Under the pieces are notes generated by a model. It ran no database searches and was not told the origin of the DNA. It saw only the letters and a program-made list of their open reading frames with translations. Shown one piece after another: positions 12,603-25,344 of a stretch of 64,000 nucleotides of DNA; position 1 is the first letter of the stretch; each line of letters starts with the position of its first letter. This stretch comes from Cyanophora paradoxa CCMP329 (taxonomy: Eukaryota; Plantae; Glaucophyta), in contig QPMI01000470.1 of the NCBI GenBank assembly GCA_004431415.1, forward strand, positions 1 through 64,000, given 5' to 3'. A program made the position numbers and the translations under genes.

Positions 12603-12931
12603 TGTGCCATCCACTTCCCGACTCGCTCGGCTCGTCGGCTAGTCCTCTAGCTCTTAGCTAGGCCCTTGGCCTCTGCTCCCTTATTTAGCCCTGTCCTCTG
12701 GGCCTGTACCCTTGTACGCGTTGCCATCTGGTCCAGCGACCATCTTAGCACGCTCAGAATAGCCCTAGCACTATGACTAGCCTCGCTGTAGCTATGTCTA
12801 GTGCTATATCTGTTCCCTTTGTACTCAATCCTACCGAGACTCTGCTGCTCCGTCGCACTGGTGCTGCTCAGCCTCTTGCCATCAACCTGCCTGCTCAGGT
12901 CTGCACTGGGCGTGCTTCCCTTAGCCGCGCA
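12603..12931 (+). repeat. 3' LTR
   Basis: 329-bp direct repeat of the 5' LTR, followed by TSD GTAG. Confidence 0.95.
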
Positions 12932-12951
12932 GTAGGAGGAAGGGCCGGCGC

Positions 12952-14550
12952 CTAGCCTGACGTTCTGGCCCGCTTGCCCGGCCGGCCGCGGGGGCCCGGG
13001 CCTGGAGCCGCGAGCTGGTGGAAGGGGATGCCGCTCTCTTCGGCGAAGCAGCGGATCGCCTCCTTCAGCGGAACGTTCCGCTCGTGCACGGCGAACTGGA
13101 CCACAGTGGAGCCGTCCCGGTTCTGCCGAAGGGGATGAGAAGGGTACGGGGCCGGGGAAAGTTTGATGGGGGTACGGACCTCGAGCCAGGGGTCAGCGCC
13201 GGCGTCGAGGAGGGCCCGGACCGTCTCGGGGGTACACTCGCGGGCCGCGAAGTGAAGGAGGAACTCGGTACCCGTCCCGCCCCAGACCGGCTCCTCCAGG
13301 AAGGCGCAGCGTACCCCCAGGTCCTCCAGCTGGTCCCCGTCGAGGCCCAGGAACTCTGCGGCGGGGTGAGCAGAAGGGGGTACAGGTTTGAGAACCGAAG
13401 AAAGACAACGCGCCGACGGCGTGGGCGGCGATAAGAGAGCGCCTGCAGAGAGCCTCCCGAATTCGAAGCAGACGGCGCTTCTCCTCCTCGCGCCTCTTTC
13501 CCTCCTGCTCGCGCTTCTTTCCCTCGCTAGCGCTGCTGAGGCTCGTGCCGGGCCCGCCCAGCTCCCCCCCCCTTTCGCCCCCCTCGACTTCGCTTCCACC
13601 GCTTACTGCCGCCCGCGCCTCCGCCGCGGCGGCGGTCGCCGCCGCTTCGCCGGAGAGCAGCTGGAGGGGGGTACGGCCCGCGGCGTCCTTCACGGGCAGC
13701 GGGTCGATCCCCGCGCGGGCCGCCGCCTCCAGCAGCGCCCGTGCGCCCTCCACGATGCCCCTCCCGCAGGCAACGTGAAGCGCGTTGGAGCCCTTTGCGT
13801 CCTGCGCACCGCTGAACGTTGGCGGACGGGCTCCGGAGCAATGCGTACGAGAGATTTAAAAGCACCTGGCGGAGCGGGTCGGCGCCGATCTCGAGCAGCG
13901 ATTGGACGAAGGAAGGCGAGCGCTCGACCGCGAGGTGGAGGGGCGTTCGGCCGGCGCCACGGCTGCAGCCCGGGCGCCGGCGCAGGGGCGTGCTCGCGAG
14001 GCTAGCCAGGCCCCAGTCCACGATCAGCTGCGATAAGACCCAAGTCAGAAAAGAGGCAGGAGGAGAGGCCGGTGCGGAGCGGGCCGGGCGGGTCGCGATT
14101 GCCTGGCGGGCGGCGTCGGCGAAGCGAGGGTCGATGCATGTGAGGACGTGCAGCGCCGTCGCGCCCTCGAGCTCGTCGCCCCGCCTTCCGTAGCGCGATG
14201 TCTGAAAGTAGGGAGGGACCTGCATGCAGGGAGCGAAGGTGAGGAGAAGAAAGGAAGAGAAAAGACGGGGCAAGGACTCGCCCAGGGTCCCTCCGGGTAC
14301 GCGTCGCCGAGTCGGGCGGCGAGGGGCGAGACGCCAAGCTCGGAGACGAAGCGCCGCGCGCCCTCGAACATATTCTCCTGCAGCGCTGCCGGTGTTATCA
14401 GCGACGACATGCCGACCGTGGGGCGCAGCGGCGAAAGGGGGAGATTGGCGAGGGGCTACTGTACCCTGAAAGAAGGAAGGGATGGCAAGGCGGGGTACGT
14501 CGAATCGACCCTCGAAGTGCCGCTTGAGGGCCCGAAGCGACGCCGCGTCC
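12952..14550 (-). pseudogene. F-box/LRR/ankyrin family copy A: 3' (ankyrin) half only
   Basis: Ankyrin motifs GATALHVL, GRTPLHLAV, GRTPLQLL, LLHFAA...VRALLDAGADP. Multi-exon and collinear with 27155-28690 (+). Confidence 0.85.
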
Positions 14551-15581
14551 GAGAGATTAGTGAATTCGCACACACCGAGACAATACGGCTAATGATAGAA
14601 CTGAGGAGTCCGTAAAGTGTCAAGTCGAAAGATGAGCCTACTGGTTACGCCGGGTAGGGAACCTATCAGCCATCGGACAGGGTGGAGCTAGTCAAGGAGA
14701 CGTAAACTAAAGCAAAGCTAACCCAGAGCAGAGAGCTACTACCTATACATCTAGCCTAGCTTAGGACTAGGCTACCGAGAGGACTACCCAGGGTCTACGA
14801 GAGGGAGGTAAATTAAAACACTACTACTGCTAGTGCTGCCTGCCTAGGGACCGTCGGGACGTCCGGAGCTCGCGGGCTGTTCTACTGTACGGTAGGAAAG
14901 CCAGGACGGACCCGCGGTCTAATCTGCCTACTCTCGACGCGGCCGCGACTACAGCTAGCGCGGCGGGCTCCGCGTCGAGGGGGCCGCTCGCCCGAAGCGC
15001 GGGTGGAAGCACGTCGGCGTAGAGGGGCCGAGGGAGTGAGGCGAGGGGGACGTTGCGGGAAGAAGTGGGGCGGGACGGAGAAGGTCGGCGCCGGCCGTGG
15101 CGGGGAGGGGGAGGGTCGGATTTCTCGGTCAGCAGGGCTTCCAGCCTCGAACCAGCCGCCGCACCCCGCCGCGGGCAATTGCGAGCCCCCCTCCGCGGCG
15201 GTCCTTCAACCACGGTCCTGGCACGATGGCCGGGGTATCTGGTGGGTGCAACGACCAGCCGAAGCCTTCCGCCAAGCCTTCCGATCCATCGTTCCCTCCT
15301 GTCGAGGCGCGAGGAGCGCGGGCGAGGTCGTGAATGGGAGGCAGGGCCAAGAGAGCGAGCGGGAGGGCAGAGCGGGAGAGGGAGGCAAGGCAGGCGCTCG
15401 CTTGGGCGGGGCCCAGCGAGTCGGTCGGGGCGGCTATATCTAGTGTGTGCGAGGCTAAGAGTAGATCAGGTAAGTTTCTCGAGGACTAGGTATGGTGAAG
15501 TAGTAGGTAGGTGGTGTCGAGAGTCTCCTCCCGACGTAGCCCCCCCCCCCCCCCCCCCTTTCGCGCGGCTCGGGGTACCGT

Positions 15582-18500
15582 TTAGAGCGGGCTAGGATGT
15601 GACTCCCAAGGGCGTACCTTGACGCAATCGTAGAGCTCTTGGGCGCGGAGCGCCGCCTTCCAGCCCGCGTACTCCGGTGGGCAGTCTGCGTTCCGAGCGG
15701 CGTTGAGTAGATTGTGAAGGCGAATCGGCCCGTCGCAGGCGGCGCAGACTTCCTTACAGGTCCGGGGGCCGCGGGCCCGCTCTCGGGCGCGGCGCCCGTG
15801 CGGGGCGGGCGCGGTCGCTTCTTTGAGGCCTGGGAGACGCGGCAGTCGCGTTCCCACTCCGCGTTGATTTCGCAGCGACGTGACCAGAGGCGTCGGGCCC
15901 GTTCCAGAAGCGTTTGCCGAACGCGTTTAGCTGCGCGTGCCGCGTACCGGGGTGCAAGGTTCAGGCAGCGTGTGAGGGCGCTTTCTAGACTCTGCGGAGC
16001 AAGGCCCTGGAGCACCCAGAGGCGCGGATACGCGTACGGCCTACCATCGTAGCTGCGCGCCTCGGTGTCGTCGTCCGCGACGCGGAGGAAGATTGGGACC
16101 AGGTCGGGAGCAAGGAGGGCTCCTGCTGGCGGCGCTGTGAGGCCGTGGGCCTCTCTGTATGCGCAGAGCAGAAGTCGGTTCAGTTCGCGAGCAGTCTCCG
16201 CGCGGTGCGCGACCGCATGCGGACCCGGGCACAGGAAGACGTGCGGGAAAGTTTCAGTCGGGCCTGCGGTGAGAGCCGTCGGTGCCCGGATCGGGCGGCT
16301 GGCGCCCGCTGCTGGTTGAGCATGCGAGGCCTCTGTTGCAGTCTGGCTGTTCTGTGAGGCTGTCGGGCCGCTAGTCTCTGCACGAGGGAGCGGCGTTCTG
16401 GTGGCGCAGCCCGCACAGCGTCCCCAGGGTTGCAGGCGGCGTAGAGTTCCTTCTGGTCACGTACCCGGACTTCGTTCGCTGGTAGCGAGCTACAGAGCAG
16501 CTGCGTCCGAAACTTGAATAGCGCGTTGCGGGCTCCATTGGCGCCTTGGAATCGGGAACCTACGCTCGTTTCCGCATATAGCCCTGCTATGTCTGCGCCG
16601 TCGGCGCCTCGGCGCAGGAGCGCGCCAGCCAGCGGTTGTTGGGTCCAGGCAAAGTGCGTCTGGTGTTCGTGAAGTGCGTCCATGTGTGCCTTGGGGTCCC
16701 CTTCCACCCGTCGTGTGCGCCCGTCGGGGTCGCTGATGGTGAGCACCGCAGGCATGCTGAAGGCCGGCGGCAGAAAGAGAGGCTCATGCCGGTGTTCGTC
16801 CGCCAGCTCCAGGTCGGCCGCCACGTTCGCTCCGGCGTCCGCGACGTCGTTGTGGGAGTCGCGGGCGTCGCCCTTTGCGTGCGCTTTGACTTTGACGAGT
16901 TTGAGCGGCCGCCCGCGCTCCTCTAGCATTGTCCTGAGCTTGCTCCATGCGTACAGTTCCGCGGAGCAGGCGTGCCGGATGTATTCCCGCGGGCTGCGGC
17001 AGCTCGCGTGCTGGACGAAATCGGAGTACCAGCGGATCGCGTTCATGTTGTCGACGTGTAGAACCGCTCCGAAAGGCGAGAGCAGGTCAGCCATAAGCGC
17101 CGCCTGGAGTTCCGCCTTGTTGATCTCCTGCAGGCCCGGAGCCGGGCAAAGAAGTCCGTGAGGATACCCGGCGGGTGCAGGCTTGCGCCAGTTCTGAGGT
17201 CCGTTTCCGGCCAGTGTACTGCGTAGCCCGCGCGAGCGTTAACCGTCTGGCCCTCTTTCAGGCTCCCGTCCGTCCAGGCGTACGCTGGGGCGTCGGCCAC
17301 GTATGAGCCGCCAGGCGCCGCCTCGGCCTCCAGGTGCTCTTTGCGGTAGCGGGCTTCGAGGCCCTTCCAGGTCTCCAGGTATGCAACCCAACTGTACGGG
17401 TCGGCCTGATAGTAATATAGCTCGCGCGCCTCCTTGTTGGAGCTGACCGGGGGCGCTTCATCTTGCGGCAGGGGGGCAAGTCGGGCGGGTTCGCCTCGAG
17501 CGTGGCGAGGTGAGCGGCGTCGGGCTCGGAGAGGAGGTGCCAGTTGACCCGCTCATCGCCCTCCTGCTTTGCCTGCAGCAGCATCCGCCATCGGTGCGCA
17601 GTGATGGTCGCGGCCGCCTGCCTGGAGGGCTTGAAGTATTCAAGACGGGCTTGGCGCAGGACCTGGCGACTGGCGCGCCCCGAGCGCGTCTGTACCTGCC
17701 CTCGCATTCTTCCACGGGGGCGCCCGACACTTCTACTAGCTCCACCGTGCCGGGGATCGTGCAGAGTGCGGACGCGTGCTCTACCCATCCTCCCACCGCC
17801 GTCCCGTACTTGCCCTCGTCATCGCAGGTGCTCGTCGCCCGGCAGGCCGCGCCGGCGCCTTGAGGGCAGACGTGGTCGTCGTGCCAGTGGCGGCGGCCCT
17901 CTCCCGGTACGATATTAAAGCGGCGCGCAGCTGGGCGGGCGGCCCTTCGCGGGGTCCGAGCTGACAGTGGCCATCGCAGCGGCAGTAGGCTCCGTCGGCC
18001 TCGTCGTCGGCCTCTTCTGGGACGGGGACCCAGTGCTCCAGCCGGCACTCCGTCGCTACTAGGCTGCCGGCCTCAGCCTCGGCGGAGCGGACCCGGCCGA
18101 TTTCCGGTACCGCATCCGTCTCGTGAATCGTTGCGAGGTCGTAGTAGCAGACGAAGTCTCCCGGTTGGTGAATTAACTTCCTTGCCCCGCCCGGAAGCTG
18201 TACCATGGCCGAGGAAGGGGTACCGGGCGGTTGCCGCATGGGGTATCGGAGGGCGCCCGAACCGCGCCCGTCGATCGTGAGGGCCTTGGCCACCGCCTTC
18301 CACCAGGCGGGCGCTGCCCAAGGGAGCGTGCCGCAGGGGGCGCGGAGGTGCAGGTCTCGCCAGGTGCAGAGGCGTTCCCATCGCGCGCCGTGACGTCGGA
18401 CATCCAGTAGAGCCGTGCGCGGTGGAGGCGGGCGCGGCCGTGCTGAACACTTCCCGGGGAATGTGTGAGGCAAGCACGAATTCCCGGCGCAGTTCCGCGG

Positions 18501-21500
18501 GTCGGGCCAAGTGGCTGCGGGGGGTACGGCGTAAACAGGAAGCGGGCGTGGTTGGACTGGATCCGGTAGAGCCGGCGCTGCAGGAGCGGCATCACTGCGG
18601 CGATTGCGTTCGATCGAGCAAGCTGGCGTGACACTGGGGCGTTCAGGAACTCGGTCGGCAGCAGCGGGACGCCTAGCTTTCGCTGGAGGTCTCGGATGCG
18701 GTGCAACATCACCTGGGATAGCAGCTCTTCCGGTTCTCCACAGAGCCGCACGAGCAGATCCGTGATTTGGTTCTTGGCCATCAGGTGCGCTGTGCGCGGC
18801 AGGCTGTACGTGCCGTGGCTCCAGAGCGCGTAGTTGGAAGTCGATGCCGCCAGGCCCCATGGTGCTTAACCACGCGCATCCAGATGGCATCTAGGCGATC
18901 GCACTGCTTCTCTGTGAGCGGCGTCACTTTGAGCCCGTAGGCGATCCGCGCCTGCACGACGGCCTCGACAACGTAGCAGGCCTCTTGCGCGGTCAGCTGC
19001 TTACGAGCTATGACCGCCACCGTCTCGCGAGCCTGCGCTTCCATCTGTCTGATCTGCTCCTTCCACGACAGGTTCGCGTCAGATAGACGCCGAGCAGCTT
19101 GAAATGCTCGCCCGGTTTCAGCTTCTTGCCGACCGGGACGCGGGGTTGCCGAGTAGCGGGGGTTCAGGCTCCGGTGAGACGTTGTTGTACGCAAACTCTG
19201 TTTTCCGCGCGTTGACTGCGATGTCGTGCAGGCGGAAGAATTCAGACGCCACGTCCGCGAGCATCTGGATCCCTTCGGCCGATCCGCTCATCCACTGCGT
19301 GTCGTCCGCGTAGGCGCTCCGGTCACCCGTGCGGGGGCGAAGTCCGCGTCGTCTTCGCCCACGCCCATGACGTACGCGACCCCCGCGCCCCCTTTTCCTG
19401 CTCGAGCCTGTCCAATTCTTGTTGAGCGCAGAGCAAGGCATCGTAGAAGATGAGCCAGTGGAGCGGGGATTCGATGCCGCCCTGCGGGAGCCCACATTCG
19501 AGTTCAAACACGTCTGACAGTCCGTGGCCCGTGATAGCTCGCGCCGGCGTCGTTCGAATATGTTGCGGTGCAGGTCGATGTACGTCTCGGGGGCCCCAAT
19601 GCGTCGGAGGGAGAGCTCCATGCTGGCCCAGGAAACTGAATCGTACGCCCGCCTGATATCCTGTAGCAAGAGGTAGATGGGCTTGCGGTGCTCCTTAGCG
19701 TCCTCTAGAATAGCGACCATTAGGTGAAGGGCATCGTCTGTCGCCTTAGCTTTCCTGAAGCCATAATTTACCCCCTTAAGGATTCCGTGCTTCTCGATGG
19801 CCTCGGCTAGCCGTTTCGTGACGAGGCCCGTCGTTAGCTTGAGGCCAACTTCCTGCAGCGTGATCGGCGGAGGTTCCCTTCAATGTCTCCGTCCCAGCTC
19901 CCGTTCTTGGGGATCCCGAAGATATTGCTCTCACACATCTCGGCGGGCAGGTCGCGCAGGCGGAGGGCCTCGCAGACGATGGCCATCAGGAGCCGACGAC
20001 CGCGGGGGGGGTACGCCTCTGGATCCATGGCGTCCGGCAGGTCGAGGTTCCAGAGCGTCTTCAGGATCGCGTTCGTGCAGTTGGAGGGCCCTCCCGCTCC
20101 GTCCGTGAGCGAGCGCACGTGTGCCCCTAGTTCTTCGTACGTAGGTTCAGTCATGACACCCGCGAAGGCTTCCGCGGTCACCACGTGCGTCCGAGGGGGC
20201 GTAGAGCGCGCGCCAGAAGTCAGGGGGCAGGAAAGCTAGCTGGGAGTCGGGTATTGAGTCCGCTGTGCCCCTACCAGGGGGTTTCTCTTCGCACACCACT
20301 GACGCCAGTGCTCCGCCATCACTGCCTTCACCTCCTCGGGTGCCGTGTAAATTTCATAGAAGTTGCCTTCGCGCGCGAGGCGGGTGACGTGCATGATCGG
20401 CTCCCCCCTGGACCGCTCCAGAATGGAGTCGAGATAGCTGCGCAGTTTGCGCGGGTCTGCAAACCGGGCCTGGCGCGCAGTAACGAATTCCTGGATCTGT
20501 CGCTGCTTTTCTGCGCGCGTCTCGTGTTGGTGGCGCCGGCGGACGCGGTTGCGCCACGCGTTCAGCGACCGGAAGTATAGCCGCCACGCTACGTAGCGCC
20601 CCGGGAACGGCGCCTCGTCGTCAGCGTCGCGTACGGGGCGGCGGGCATGGGTTCGGGTCCGGGGACGAGCCCTTTGATGAGAGCCTCCAGTTTCTCGATC
20701 CGGGCGACCAGCGGGGCCGACGGCAAACCTCCGGGCGCTTCAACAGACCATCCAGCGATCAGGCGCTCCACTTTCTTGGACATGACCAGCTGCCACGGCA
20801 CCGTTCTGCGAGTGGGCGGGCGCGATCCTCGGGCTTTCAAGCATTTGTGTTCCTTAGCGAGCGCCAGCACCGCCTCCGTGGCCTGTCGGTAGAGAGAGCT
20901 GACCCGGTCCCTGCGCTCATGTTCCGTGCCCGCCGCGCCCAGCGCTTTCTCAAGATCGTTTTCCAGAGCTTGCAGACGGTCTTCTACAGCCTTTCGGAAG
21001 GCCGGCAGCTTCTCCTTCTCCAGCAAGTGCGGTGCGAAGAGCGGCGGCGGGTGCGCCGGGCGGGCCTCGCCCTCAGGCGGCCTGACGAGTTCGGCTTTGA
21101 GCAGATCGTAGTCGGCCATGACCGGGAAGTGGTCAGAGGGGTGCGGTAGCGCCACCTCTGGCGGCAGCGGGTGCACCGCCAGGAGCGCTGGCGCGAGACC
21201 TGCAGAGTGTAACACCGCATCGATACGTCCTGCCGAGAGGGCCGCGGCGTCTTCGGCGACGGCGGGCCCGTCCATTTGCTGGTCCTGTTCCGAATCCGAG
21301 TCGTCGGCGTCGTCGTCCCCGCCTCCCTCTTCGGCGCCGTGCGGGTTCGGGCCGCGCCTGATGAAGGTAACTTCGTGTTCGTGGCCTTTCTGTGACGCCG
21401 CGTCAACTAGCGCCCAGGTGCCGGACAGCTTTCCCCACCACTCGCGTTCAGGCGTCCAGGACTGGACGAATCGTCCCGCGCGGATGCGGGACGTGGCCGG

Positions 21501-22129
21501 CGTCTTCACGGAGTTCCAGTCGCCGAGAAGGATGAGGTGCGCGGACGAGCGCGACCGGAAGTCCGCGTAGATGCGCTCGATGCATTCGATGAGCGCCGCC
21601 TGATCGGTCTTGTGCTCAGGCTTCCGTTGGGTGGCCGGCATGTAGACGCTCACTACGAAGAGCTGGCGGTTTCCCTTGAAGCGCATTTCACAGCCGGCAA
21701 GCCGGCCCGGGTAGCTATAGTGACGCGCAATGTGCCGCGCCCAGGGCGCCGCCACCCATAGCGCCGCTCCGTTTCCTTTCGGTTTTGTTTTCTTAATTGA
21801 GTGGATTAGGCGGCCTCGCGTGATCGAGCTCGTGGGGGCTTGCCGGGTTCCGCTGCCGGGTGAAGAGCGCCGAGTGCAGTTCAGCGCGCGTGACTGAGAG
21901 CTCTTGGAGAGCCATCACGTCGACCCCCACTTCACGGCGAAGTCTTCGGCCTGCTGGAGCCGGCCCTCGGACGTGCCCGCACGTTAAATGTTACCACCCT
22001 TAGGTGCCCCGCGGGCTTGTTGCGCATAAGCGAGGGTGACGGGCCCACAAGCGGGCTGTCTCGGGCGTAGTGGGCAGGTGGGAAGATATCACGTAGTGTT
22101 ATTGGTGGTTCCGCTGTTGTCACACTCAT
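15582..22129 (-). pseudogene. LINE ORF2 (APE ~22000-21110; RT ~19960-19190; RNase H ~17290-16820), broken by many 1-bp frameshifts
   Basis: Motifs are spread in the correct order over ORF fragments 21932-22129, 20589-21755, 19118-19720, 19323-19511, 17043-17300, 16180-17094 and 15455-16015. Confidence 0.85.
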
Positions 22130-23135
22130 GGCGGGATAGCCAGGGGTGGAGATCTACCGATAGCAAGTGTGTGCGGGGGCATGTCGGGCGTCCTGCCTCC
22201 TTTCTGGAGCCGGCGTGGGGACGGGTGGCGGCCTGCGTGTCTTTCAGGGGCGCCGTCGACGCCTCCGCGGCGTCTGGGGCGCAGGGCGCGCAGCTTACTG
22301 CCCAGCGTTGCGCAGTCACGGGTCTCTTCCAGCCGGTACTGGTGTGTCTGCGACGGTGCGAGGCAGTGAGGGTGCGGGCGGCAAGGGCACGGGATGAGGG
22401 GCTGTTCCCTGGCGGTGCACCTCCGCACCGGGCGTCCAGGTGGCCCACGAGGCCCGACCATTGAATGCCAATGCGTCCGCGGCGGCGCGGCCCGCCTTTC
22501 GTCCAAGGAGCGAGGTCCGAGCTTTGATCCAGAGCTCGTGGCCGCGGCAGTTTGAGCTGACCGCTTCTATGGTTTCGAAAGTACCCGCAGCACTAGCAAC
22601 CCGTGACTAGGGTGGAAGAGTGCGTGGTGTAGGCCGAGGACGCTTTGCAAGACGCGGATGGCCGGGTCGTCGACGGCTACTTCGTATGTAACGTCATTGT
22701 ATTCGCCGGTCGCCATGAGTTGCGCGAGGGTCGGGCGGGGCGCCGGCTCCGGCGTCGCCATGGCGGGGTGGATTCTGGTGGGGTACGTGTGGTCCATTCT
22801 CCGGGACTCGTGTACATGTGTATATGCATGGTCCGGATCTAGTCATAAGGATTGTTAATTGCGCGGCAGCCGACCCGGCAACGCCTCCGGAGTCCGGACT
22901 CCGGATCCGGGCTAGCCCGGCCCGGTCAGCCAAGCTAGCGCTGGGCTCACGCGTGCGCGGCGCCGGCGTCGGCTTGCGAGTGCGGGTGGCGCAGGCACAG
23001 CCGCCACCGTCTTCGCGCGCCGACTCTCTGATACCAGTACTCGGCGGGGCGTAGTTCTGCCACCTCCGTTCACGTACTACTGCAACACATGCGCACAGCT
23101 GCAGTCGAACTAGCTGACGAAAGAGAAGCTCTAGT

Positions 23136-23708
23136 CTAGGCGTTTCGCGGGCGCTTAGACGGGCCCGTCGACTGCGGGCGCCCGGCCTGGGGTGGGCCCG
23201 TCTGCGCCCCGCCCCGGTTCGCCCCACCGCCGCCCAGACTGGCGCCGCGCCCCGCTCCCGGCCGGCTCCGCGGCCCAGCCCGCGGCTCGTCCCGCGGCTC
23301 GCGCCGCGCCCCTGGCGGCCGCCTCCATGTAGGTGTTGGGCCGAGCGCCGGAGCCTCCCCCATCGCGGCGAGAACCTCCTGAGAGGTCGCCGCCGCCTCG
23401 GCCGCCTGCTCCCGCTGCGCCTCCGCTCGGCGCTGCCTCTCCTCCAGGCGCTGCTTGGTGGCGCCGGACTGGGCCTGCCGGCGCTGCTCTTCGCGCTGGC
23501 GGCGGTCGGCTTCGCGGGCATCCGCGATGGCCTTGCGGCGTTCGTCGTGGCGGGGCTTGCACTTGCGGTCGCCGTCCCGCTCCGGCGGCGAATGGGACAC
23601 GTCATCCAGCGCCCGCCCTTCCTTGAGAAGGCCAGCGAGCGTGTCCAGGGCCTCCGGGGCCGCGCAGTCAGGGCACATGTAGCGCTGCAGACCCTTAGGC
23701 GCGCCAGG
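23136..23708 (-). pseudogene. Probable LINE ORF1 remnant (CxxC followed by a coiled coil)
   Basis: YMCPDC followed by a charged helical stretch (ERRKAIADAREADRRQREEQRRQ), upstream of and co-oriented with ORF2. Confidence 0.5.
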
Positions 23709-25344
23709 GATCGGACGGGTTCAGGTACCCCGGAAGAAGGAAGGGATGGCGAGGCAGGGTACGTCGAATCGACCCTCGAAATGCCGCTTGAGGGCCCGAA
23801 GCGACGCCGCGTCCATCTCGTGCTGCCGGAAAGCGGGCCCGGCTTGAATCGAAACCGAAAGTGAAGCAGGCCTGGGTACTCACGAGCTCATCATCGACGA
23901 TAAGAACGCCTGGCCGGACGGCGTACCCCCCGTCCCGCTCTGGCATCTCACGATCGCGCCTCCTCGCGCTCGCGCCCGAAACCTGCCGGCACGTAAGAGG
24001 GGGTAGGGGAAAGAAGGCGGGGGGTACGGGGCGCGACGTAGAGCTCTCGGAGGGCGGGTAGGCGGGCGACGAGGCGTTGGAGCTCGTCGGGCATCAGAGC
24101 CCGCGCCAGAGGCAACTCGATGTCCAAGCTCTCCAGGCGGGGGAAGCTGCGCGCCAGGGGTACCGGTCGGACGGAGGGGGGGGGGACGGGGGGTGGAATG
24201 GGGTAGAAGGCGCACGTGATGTGCTCAAGGATCAGGGAAAAAGGCATTCGATGTCGATTACGGTGTTCCTCGTTGCGCAAAATGATCTTGCCGAGCTCGG
24301 GATAGGCTATCGAGAGACGCTGGAAGCCAGCGTACGACAGATCCACGCGTGTACCCCTGCCAGCGACATTAAACGAGCCTCGTACGCAAGGGAGGGGGGT
24401 CATCACCTGAGGAAGAGGCGCTCGAGGGTACCCGAGCAGGACTGCAGGAGGCGCAGCAGGGTGAAGAGCTCGAGAGATACGTCAAGGTAGGAGAGGTCGA
24501 GGTGGCGGAGGCGGGGGAGGGAGAAGCCGGGGGGTAGGCACTCGAGGGCGCCCATGGCGGCGTCGCGCCGCCTTTGGCACCAGTTGCCGGCGAGGGATAG
24601 GTGGGTCAGGTTCGGGCAGGAACAGAGGACGTTCGATAGGGCGCGGCTGGCCGCGGTCTGGGGCCGCGGAGGCGGCGCGTCGGGATCAGTTCCCCAGGCA
24701 TGGGACTGCGGTCCGGGGTCGCCGGAATCCGCTGAAGCCACCGCCGAAGTCACGACATCGAAGTCGACGTTCTTGAGCCACAGCCGCTGGATGCGGTCGC
24801 CGAAGCGCGCGCTCAGCCGCGCGACGTCCAGGATCGTGTCGCCGCGCCCCGCATCCTGCGGGCGTGTGTGTAAGCGAGCGCATGCAACGCTTTCCATCGC
24901 TGCGATTAGTGTCGCTGCTTTAGCTAGCCTGCCCGCGGCCGCGCACGACGATGCGAACGCTCGCCCAGCGGCCCGCGGCCCGGCCCGGCGCGCGGCCGGC
25001 CGGCCGCCCGCACGCGCTGGCTCACGATCAACGCACCCGGTCCTGACGAACAAACACGGGCTCTTCGAAGAGCGTCGAGGACTCGCCGTACGCCAGCTCC
25101 TGGAAGCGGCGCCGAGCGGACGCGAGGCCCCTCAAAACGTCTAGCGTGCCGTTGACTTCAGCCGCCGTTTTCATAAGCAGCATCATGAGATCGTCTGGGG
25201 GCGTCGCGGGCGTCAGTCGACGCCGATGACCAGGCGAACGCAATTGCAAGCTTAAGGCGATAGGGACCAACAGATCTAGCGTGCACGCCACGCACCAGAC
25301 AGGCTCAGGATAGGAGCCGCGCTCTGCCCCTCCGCCATCGCCAT
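23709..25344 (-). pseudogene. F-box/LRR/ankyrin family copy B: 5' (F-box + LRR) half, cut by the LINE
   Basis: Spliced N-terminus ILSLS|DDLMMLLMK...LRGLASARRRFQELA (F-box-like). LRR motifs CPNLTHLSL, LPRLRHLDLS, LERLFL, FPRLESLDI, LPALRELYV. Confidence 0.8.

Larger units (their letters stand above)
8109..12931 (+). mobile_element. Non-autonomous Ty3/gypsy-type LTR retrotransposon (4.8 kb) lacking RT and RNase H
   Basis: TG...CA LTRs at 8109-8436 and 12603-12931. PBS lies directly after the 5' LTR. 4-bp TSD GTAG on both sides. Protease, partial integrase and GPY/F motif present; no YxDD RT motif. Confidence 0.93.
14551..23708 (-). mobile_element. Non-LTR retrotransposon (LINE): ORF1 remnant, APE endonuclease, RT, RNase H, C-terminal Cys/His motifs; 5'-truncated and frameshifted
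   Basis: APE: LRVVTFNVR, ILLGDWNS, GRIDAVL, PSDHFPV. RT: LLQDIRRAYDSV, GLPQGGIESPLHWLIFYD, AYADD. RNase H: AWTDGS, HVDN, LVKVKAH...NDVADAGA. Ends are set where homology to the ankyrin paralogs stops. Confidence 0.9.

Noticed and set aside
14461-14550. 90-bp direct repeat as a true LINE target-site duplication
   Set aside because: Five mismatches and different adjoining introns show the two sides come from different paralogs.
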